DNA of 18,616 bases, from positions 1 through 18,616 of the forward strand of contig JAQGDQ010001985.1 of NCBI GenBank assembly GCA_030141605.1. Reading direction: 5' to 3'. Below are positions 11,414 through 18,616 of the stretch, one piece after another. The notes under the pieces were generated by a model, which worked only from the letters and a program-made list of their open reading frames with translations, searched no databases and was not told the origin of the DNA. The stretch comes from Tubiluchus corallicola (Eukaryota > Animalia > Priapulida). The stretch's first letter is position 1. Each line of letters starts with the position of its first letter. The translations under genes and the position numbers were made by a program.

Positions 11414-12006
11414 AGGAAGACAGGATGATTTTTTACATACTACCTCATTTTCAAGTGTATATATTTAGTATATATAAGTATATACCGATGAAAAGTATAT
11501 ATTTTAATATTGCAAAAGCGTTTCTGATAGCGGCGGGCGAACCCAACTATTGATGACATCACAAACTAACATAATTTTCAACAGCAAAAATATTCCATAA
11601 AAGTGTTGCGCGTGTTTGTGAAAGCAAAAATTGATGTACAGTGCTACTGTAAGATATTGAGGCTGTTGTACTAAAATTAGGCAAGTTTTAAGATGAAAAT
11701 TCAAATTTCAAATTATTAGCTGTGCTCACGCATGAGCTGTCAAACGTGTGTAGTTCATCACAAACTAACATATTTAAACTGAGAAGTACAGCACCTGTTT
11801 TCTGTGTAATGCGTTTCCGAAATGCAGGCGCTAGTGCCCGTCTAACTAACGAATGGGGAAGGACTAGTGGCGCGAACGTGAAATTGTGTTTGTGTGGTTA
11901 TAATTCTTTCAGGTAAATCATTTTTCAAAAATAGTTTATTTCCTTTCAATATTTTAAAGAATCGATTATTTTGACCTACAGTTCAAGACTGGGGTCGGGT
12001 TTTGCT
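11414..12006 (+). mobile_element. Non-autonomous TTAA-flanked DNA transposon (Kolobok-like)
   Basis: TTAA at 11410-11413 and 12007-12010, with termini AG...CT. Homologous to three other copies in the window. Confidence 0.6.
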
Positions 12007-12097
12007 TTAACAATCGCCAAAATTCTTGCAATAAGTTGTTCTTATCAATTCAAAATCCGAATAATAAAATCCAAACTCTATTGCCAGATGCCCATAG

Positions 12098-12202
12098 ATA
12101 CAGTACTCGCCACCATTTGAACTACCCCTGACATACAGTACTCGCCACCATTTGAACTACCCCTTACATACAGTACTCGCCACCATTTGAACTACCCCTT
12201 AC
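12098..12202. repeat. 35-bp tandem repeat, 3 copies
   Basis: ATACAGTACTCGCCACCATTTGAACTACCCCTKAC at 12098, 12133 and 12168. Confidence 0.95.
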
Positions 12203-12270
12203 CTAGATGCAGAACAGAAAGATTCAACAACAGTTTTATCTCAACTGGTTTATTTAATTTCTAAACTTTA

Positions 12271-12908
12271 AGCAAAAGCGGGTCCAATCTTAAATTGTAG
12301 GTCAAAACAAACAATTTTGAGGGAAACGTTCAAGTTTTAGTACAACAGCCTACAGCCTGTACTTCAATTTTCACTTTCGTAAACACGTGCAACACGCTCG
12401 TGGAATATTTTTGTTGTTGAAAATTATGTTAGTTTGTGATGTCATCAACAAACAATTTTGAAGGAAACATTAAAGTTTTAGTACAACACACTGAACATCT
12501 TACCGTAGCACTGTACTTCAATTTTCGTTTTCTCAAACACGTGTAACACGCTCGTGGAATATTTTTGCTGTTGAAAATTATGTTAGTTTGTGAAGTCATC
12601 AACAAACAATTTTGAAGGAAGCATTGAAGTTTTAGCACAACAGCCTAAATATCTTAGAGTAGCACTGTACTTAAATTTTCGCTTTCTCAAACACATGCAA
12701 CACGCTCGTGGAATATTTTTGCTGTTGAAAATTATGTTAGTTTGTGATGTCATCAATAGTTGGGCTCGCCCGCCGCTAATTAAGATTTTAATCTATTATT
12801 TAATTATCAGAAACGCTTTTGAAATATTAATGGTGTCAAAATGCACACTTTTTAATGGACTTGAAAACGGGGTTGTATATGAAAAATCATCCAAATTTGT
12901 GACTCATT
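12271..12908 (-). mobile_element. Inverted copy of the same element with an internal ~154-bp triplication
   Basis: Begins AGCAAAA (reverse complement of the 12006 end). Internal units start at 12306, 12447 and 12601. TTAA follows at 12909-12912. Confidence 0.65.
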
Positions 12909-12926
12909 TTAACCTATCACGACTCA

Positions 12927-13085
12927 TTCGTTCACGTACCGTGTAACAGTGTAATGGTGCTTATCTATGTATGTTCTATCTTGCTTATAAAATTCTTTTT
13001 AAAAAATTCCATATTTTGTAATTTTATGCTGTCGTGTAATTCAACCTTTTTGTTGTAAAGTTGATAAATAAATAAACTTATTATT
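12927..13085 (+). repeat. Dispersed repeat (partner 3408-3565) ending in AATAAA and a short ATT tail
   Basis: Direct alignment with 3408-3565. Confidence 0.7.
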
Positions 13086-13458
13086 TCCGAAATGAAATTT
13101 ACAATAACTCAATAATTTCACGCTGTTATTAGAGCGTCTATTACATGTAATTTAATACTGATATAGAGATACGAATAATGAAAGTTTTTTAATTATTTCA
13201 TACTTTCTCTCTAGCATGTTTACGTACGCTAACCTAGTAAAAATAAGCAAATATTTCATTTTATCTAGTGCATGTCAATGCAAACTTATTTTTTATAATT
13301 ATTAATATATAATAGTAGAAAAAATATGGCTTCTGTACTCTGTAGACTTTGTATATTTCAATTTTAAGTATTAAGAAATAAATTGCACGTATTTTTAAAC
13401 TAATTACTCATGTAACTAGAAATAGATTCAAGAACAGTTTTACCCCAAATGGTTTAAC

Positions 13459-13723
13459 AATAATAATAATCTTAATTTAAAGTCGGCTTTTGGGTCAATA
13501 ATTAACATTAGCTCAAAGAGCTGTTATCACCGACTGTAAATAACAACCTACAACTACATAACAGAGACTATTATTACCCCACTTTTACCCTAAATACTAC
13601 GCGTCAGGCAGGGCAACAGCAGGTACAATTTTTAAAGTCTTTGGTATGACCCGGCCGCTGATTCGAACTCACGACCTCCCAGACGGAAAGCAGACGCATT
13701 ACCACTAGACTAAACCGTCCGGT
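13459..13723 (-). mobile_element. tRNA-derived SINE (Meta-domain-like)
   Basis: On the minus strand: A box TAGTCTAGTGG (13712-13702) and B box GTTCGAATC (13668-13660), then GGGTCATACCAAAGACTTTAAAAATTGTAC, which resembles the MetaSINE central domain as I recall it. (ATT)n tail at 13470-13459. Confidence 0.8.
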
Positions 13724-14219
13724 AAATTTAATTTCCAAACTTTAGTTTTGACTCATTTTAAATAATTTCATTGATGTATCTTATAACAGTGTGATAATTC
13801 TTGTGTACATTTTTGAAGTAACTAATTGTATAATATATATATATTATAGTATTAGTATATATATATAGTATAGTATATTCATTATAGTAATATAGTAATA
13901 TTCATTGTGTGTATAGTAATGAATATAGTAATATTCATTCATATAGTACACATTAGTATATATATATATATATCTGTTCTCAACTAAATGTGTTTGTTCA
14001 CATAGTGGAAATACTTTGATCAGTAATATTACTGTCTGTCAATCCACTTAAAATAAATGACGTTCATATAATTATTATTAATAAGGGCAGAGCAATAATA
14101 ATTTTCATGTATATTGAAAAAAATGCAATGATTTGGGTAAAATGGATTAGCAAAGAAACTACATACCGTAAAACAGGTAATAAGAAAATGTATTAGATTT
14201 GCAAGGTACGTAAAACAAG

Positions 14220-14225
14220 TTTATT
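14220..14225 (-). terminator. Candidate polyadenylation signal of Sp5 (alternative at 14395-14400)
   Basis: AATAAA on the minus strand, followed by U/GU-rich sequence and preceded by three TGTAAATA motifs. Confidence 0.45.
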
Positions 14226-14533
14226 TTGACAAAACGTTTACACGTCGTAAAACATATTTACACAAAAATGTGTCATTACTGCAAAATTTACTTTCATATT
14301 TACATATAAAATATTCAACATAAATAATTATTTTAGAAAGAGACGCGATTATTTACAATTTTAAGCATTTATACACATAGAGCGTATGTAGGAGTTTATT
14401 GCAAGTTTGTACATGTTATACGAACTCTGAATCATTCATCTTATAGCTTTCACATCACTTCTTATTAATTTTAATACCAGGAAATACAACATATATATAT
14501 ATTTATATATGGTATTAATTAATAAATATCATA

Positions 14534-14956
14534 AAGGGGCGTAGCCAGGTTTTGAACTTAGGGGGAGCAAACACATAAAAAAGTGCCCTGATGCATAGCA
14601 AATGATTTTAATGCATCGATTATATTAATAGATATCATTAAAGGGCATAGCCAGGTTTTGAAGTTAGGGGGAGCACAGACATAAAAAAGGGGGTCGTGAC
14701 ACATACAAAATGATTTTTAATGTGCTGATTATAGAGTTTTAAAGGAAGTGCATAATTGTTATTTTGTATCTAAAATTAAAACACAATTAAAAGTTCTGCC
14801 GTAACTTCATAATAAAAACACGTTATTTAATTATTTTAATTTCAAACATAAAATGAAACCAAAATGAATGAGTTTTGGAGCCGTTGAAAAAGTGCCAATT
14901 TTGAAAAATGTGTTTTGGCGGGGCAGTTGCTCCCCTCCCCATTAGCTACGCCACTG
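14534..14956. mobile_element. hAT-like MITE with a duplicated left end
   Basis: TIR-like AGGGGCGTAGCCA ... TAGCTACGCCACTG and subterminal GGGGAGCAA/TTGCTCCCC. A degenerate ~106-bp tandem copy of the left end starts at ~14640. No TSD seen. Confidence 0.55.
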
Positions 14957-15065
14957 AGTTGCACATAATGAATGAATAACAAACATACTTCACGATGTTC
15001 TTCAAGTCTTTTCCATGTAAAATACTGAAGAGAGTAATAATATTGCACACATAGATGGCAAGAAC

Positions 15066-16792
15066 TTTTCCACATTGTTAATACCACGTTAATGTTCCGT
15101 TTGATCTTCATCAACAATGTCACTTTCCACATTGTTAATACCACGTTAATGTTCTGTTTGATCTTCATCAACAATGTCATTTTCCACATCGTTAATACCA
15201 CTGTTAATGTTCCGTTTGATCTTCATCAACAATGTCACTTTCCACATTGTTAATACCACGTTAATGTTCTGTTTGATCTTCATCAACAATGTCATTTTCC
15301 ACATCGTTAATACCACTGTTAATGTTCCGTTTGATCTTCATCAACAATGTCACTTTCCACATTGTTAATACCACGTTAATGTTCCGTTTGATCTTCATCA
15401 ACAATGTCACTTTCCATATTGTTAATACCACGTTAATGTTCTGTTTGATCTTCATCAATAATGTCATTTTCCACATTGTTAATACCATGTTAATGTTCCG
15501 TTTGATCTTCATCAACAATGTCATTTTCCACATTGTTAATACCACGTTAATGTTCCGTTTGATCTTCATCAACAATGTCACTTTCCACATTGTTAATACC
15601 ACGTTAATGTTCTGTTTGATCTTCATCAACAATGTCATTTTCCACATCGTTAATACCACTGTTAATGTTCCGTTTGATCTTCATCAACAATGTCACTTTC
15701 CACATTGTTAATACCACGTTAATGTTCTGTTTGATCTTCATCAACAATGTCATTTTCCACATCGTTAATACCACTGTTAATGTTCCGTTTGATCTTCATC
15801 AACAATGTCACTTTCCACATTGTTAATACCACGTTAATGTTCCGTTTGATCTTCATCAACAATGTCACTTTCCATATTGTTAATACCACGTTAATGTTCT
15901 GTTTGATCTTCATCAATAATGTCATTTTCCACATTGTTAATACCATGTTAATGTTCCGTTTGATCTTCATCAACAATGTCATTTTCCACATCGTTAATAC
16001 CACCGTTAATGTTCCGTTTGATCTTCATCAACAATGTCACTTTCCACATTGTTAATACCATGTTAATGTTCCGTTTGATCTTCATCAATAATGTCATTTT
16101 CCACATTGTTAATACCATGTTAATGTTCCGTTTGATCTTCATCAACAATGTCATTTTCCACATCGTTAATACCACCGTTAATGTTCCGTTTGATCTTCAT
16201 CAACAATGTCACTTTCCACATTGTTAATACCATGTTAATGTTCCGTTTGATCTTCATCAATAATGTCATTTTCCACATCGTTAATACCACGTTAATGTTC
16301 TGTTTGATCTTCATCAACAATGTCACTTTCCACATTGTTAATACCGCGTTAATGTTCTGTTTGATCTTCATCAACAATGTCATTTTCCACATTGTTAATA
16401 CCATGTTAATGTTCCGTTTGATCTTCATCAACAATGTCATTTTCCACATTGTTAATACCACGTTAATGTTCCGTATGATCTTCATCAACAATGTCACTTT
16501 CCACATTGTTAATACCACGTTAATGTTCCATTTGATCTTCATGAACAATGTCACTTTCCACATTGTTAATACCACGTTAATGTTCCGTTTGATCTTCATG
16601 AACAATGTCATTTTCCACATCGTTAATACCATGTTAATGTTTTGTTTGATCTTCATCAACAATGTCATTTTCCACATCGTTAATACCATGTTAATGTTTT
16701 GTTTGATCTTCATCAACAATGTCATTTTCCACATTGTTAATACCACCGTTAATGTTCCGTATGATCTTCATCAACAATGTCATTTTCCACAT
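15066..16792. repeat. 57/58-bp minisatellite, 30 units, derived from the Sp5 stop-codon region
   Basis: 1727 bp = 23x57 + 7x58 + 10. The last unit overlaps the CDS ([14 protein letters not shown]). Confidence 0.98.
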
Positions 16793-17864
16793 CAATGTCC
16801 TCCTCAACTTCCTCTGCGTCTTCCGGTTGCTTTGCCTTACTTCTCTTATTATCGTGGGTTTTTAGATGTTTGCTCAGATGGTCCGAACGCATGAAGCGTT
16901 TGCCGCATTCTTGACACGCGAATCTTTTCTCTCCCGTGTGCGTGCGTAAATGACGTTGCAGCTCGTCGCTACGGGTAAAACTCTTACCACAGAACAACCA
17001 GTTGCACACGAACGGTCGCTCTCCCGTGTGCCACCTCAGATGTGCCTTTAGATGAGACGTCTTTCCGTAGACCTTACCACAACCGGGAATATGACATATG
17101 TGCTGCTTCCGTTTGCCGGAATTGCCGGAATTGCTCGAATCCTGGCAGTTTGGACATCTGCATCTTCTGCACCGTCTTGCCGTTGCCAAAGGTTTTTGCG
17201 TCAACATGTTGACTAGTTGATTCTGATATTCTGGTGACTGACTGAGCATCATTTGATGAGCAGGCGAAAGAGGGTAACCGTACGATGGCGGCGTGAGAGG
17301 AGCCGCTGACTTCTGCGGACTCTGTAAGCTCCACCAAGGGACCTCCGCTTCGGATTTGGGTGACACTTGATTTGGCACGTTGATGAACTGCATTTGATTG
17401 TAGTTGCTCACCTGCATGCCAATTTGCGTTTGCACCAAAGTCGCATGATTGTGGTGCATTGGCTGTTGAGAACTACCGTGCATCTGTCCGTGAAGCTGAT
17501 GACCGAACTGCAGGGGTTCCGCCGGAGGCGTGAGCGGCAACTCGTGCGTCCTAAAATTTGGCGGCTGCAGCTGCGACATCGTACTCGTGTTCACCGACAG
17601 TTCGGAGTGCTGAAACACCGGATGATGATGATGGTGATGATGATTCGTCAAACCAGCTGGAGTCGGATGATGATGATGGTGATGATGATGTCCTTTCAAC
17701 ACGTTGGACATGGTCGTTGGTGCAAACGTTGCCGGAGCATGGACGCTTGCCTGATGTCCAAGACGATTACACTGAGCTGCCATCATTGCTAGAGGATTTG
17801 CTTTCACCTCCGGGGCCGGCTGCGCCATATTGGTCACTCCCATGTTGCCAGGCATAAAACATTC
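16749..17864 (-). CDS. Sp5: Transcription factor Sp5 / buttonhead-like (Sp/KLF C2H2 zinc finger), terminal coding exon; first in-frame ATG at 17855
   Basis: Sp box [29 protein letters not shown] and the Btd box [12 protein letters not shown]. Three C2H2 fingers ([25 protein letters not shown]; [25 protein letters not shown]; [23 protein letters not shown]) closely match vertebrate Sp5. Two poly-His tracts. Confidence 0.95.
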   Translation of the reverse strand, partial: ECFMPGNMGVTNMAQPAPEVKANPLAMMAAQCNRLGHQASVHAPATFAPTTMSNVLKGHHHHHHHHPTPAGLTNHHHHHHHPVFQHSELSVNTSTMSQLQPPNFRTHELPLTPPAEPLQFGHQLHGQMHGSSQQPMHHNHATLVQTQIGMQVSNYNQMQFINVPNQVSPKSEAEVPWWSLQSPQKSAAPLTPPSYGYPLSPAHQMMLSQSPEYQNQLVNMLTQKPLATARRCRRCRCPNCQDSSNSGNSGKRKQHICHIPGCGKVYGKTSHLKAHLRWHTGERPFVCNWLFCGKSFTRSDELQRHLRTHTGEKRFACQECGKRFMRSDHLSKHLKTHDNKRSKAKQPEDAEEVEEDIDVENDIVDEDHTEH

Positions 17865-17885
17865 CTATAAAAAATTATACAAATA
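17865..17885 (-). other. Probable 3' splice acceptor (phase 0)
   Basis: The minus strand reads ATTTTTTATAG|GAA TGT TTT ATG. The TAG is an in-frame stop and composition becomes very AT-rich upstream. Sp5 genes typically have a short first coding exon. Confidence 0.6.
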
Positions 17886-18008
17886 AATTAACATAATTTA
17901 TCTGCAGGGTCATTTCAATTCAATTCAATTTATTGTGCAATTATGAATTTAACATGACATATTCTGGCAAGTACAAAGTGAAAACTATATATGTTGTACT
18001 ACAGTTTA

Positions 18009-18011
<3 letters not shown>

Positions 18012-18043
<32 letters not shown>

Positions 18044-18114
18044 ATATATTAGTATATTAATATATATATTAGTAAACTGATGTTCTCCATATATATTTTT
18101 TCATTTTGTATTAG

Positions 18115-18148
<34 letters not shown>
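18012..18148. repeat. (TA)n microsatellites
   Basis: Runs at ~18012-18038, 18060-18068 and 18118-18148. Confidence 0.9.
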
Positions 18149-18152
<4 letters not shown>

Positions 18153-18338
18153 GAAGTACTGTTACTTAATTATACTAGCTATTATAAGATACTAATACAA
18201 TTATATTATTAGTTAAACTGATTGAGGTTTTGGCTGCCCAATTGATACTTGCTGATAGTCATAGATACTATAATTAATTACTACAATTTGCAAAGGTTTA
18301 CATTACTATAATTATGACAATTGTATGATTTTTAATCA

Positions 18339-18562
18339 TTGACTTTTGTACAAAGTTTATCCAGTAACTATAAAATTATTGCCTAGCACGTGATCGTTAA
18401 AAGCAAACTCTCAGTTAATTTCGATGCTGTATATTGAACTAGTCATTGATACACACTGACTAGTTCAATATACAGCATCGAAATTAACTGAGAGTTTGTT
18501 CTTACGATCACGTGCCAGGCAATAATTTTATAGTTACTGGATAAACTTTGTACAAAAGTCAA
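18339..18562. repeat. 224-bp near-perfect palindrome (foldback)
   Basis: Arms 18339-18445 and 18457-18562 with about 4 differences and an ~11-nt loop. Confidence 0.95.
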
Positions 18563-18616
18563 AAACAAAATTAAAGTTGAATTACAATGTTAAGTTAACT
18601 GCACAAATACATATAA

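Noticed and set aside
10895-12946. Short ORFs of 63-118 aa
   Set aside because: No domains. Most lie within non-autonomous TE copies and are not conserved in frame between copies.
13650-13723. tRNA gene
   Set aside because: A and B boxes are present but there is no convincing acceptor stem. The sequence continues into a SINE body and tail.
15066-16792. CRISPR-like array (regular repeats with hairpins)
   Set aside because: Units are head-to-tail with no unique spacers, there are no cas genes, and the context is eukaryotic.
14842-16894. Many repetitive ORFs on both strands (up to 248 aa)
   Set aside because: They arise because 57 is a multiple of 3 and some frames lack stops. They break at every 58-bp unit, and the Sp5 frame itself stops at 16749.
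17074-17857. Alternative-frame and antisense ORFs over Sp5
   Set aside because: Shadows of the GC-richer coding sequence and the His-codon runs.

Overview
AT-rich, repeat-dense animal (probably invertebrate) genomic DNA. The only credible gene is an Sp5/buttonhead-class zinc-finger transcription factor on the minus strand. Its terminal coding exon is 16749-17864 and the upstream exon probably lies outside the window. The last 13 codons, the stop codon and the first 3'UTR bases have been amplified into a 30-copy 57/58-bp minisatellite (15066-16792). Most units can fold into a 12-bp stem-loop on the mRNA strand and carry a near-optimal TCF site. Downstream of the gene (1-10330) is a complex local rearrangement: a ~1.55-kb direct duplication plus a ~1.8-kb inverted duplication joined at an 8-bp microhomology. 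The inverted copies share a ~450-bp GC-richer core that is almost perfectly conserved while a sampled flank is ~89% identical, and the core contains TCF and Helper-site motifs (candidate duplicated Wnt enhancer). The remainder is microsatellites, a 72-bp satellite, LINE 3' ends, a tRNA-derived SINE, several MITE-like elements and a 224-bp intronic palindrome. All alignments and counts were done by eye, and TE family names are tentative.
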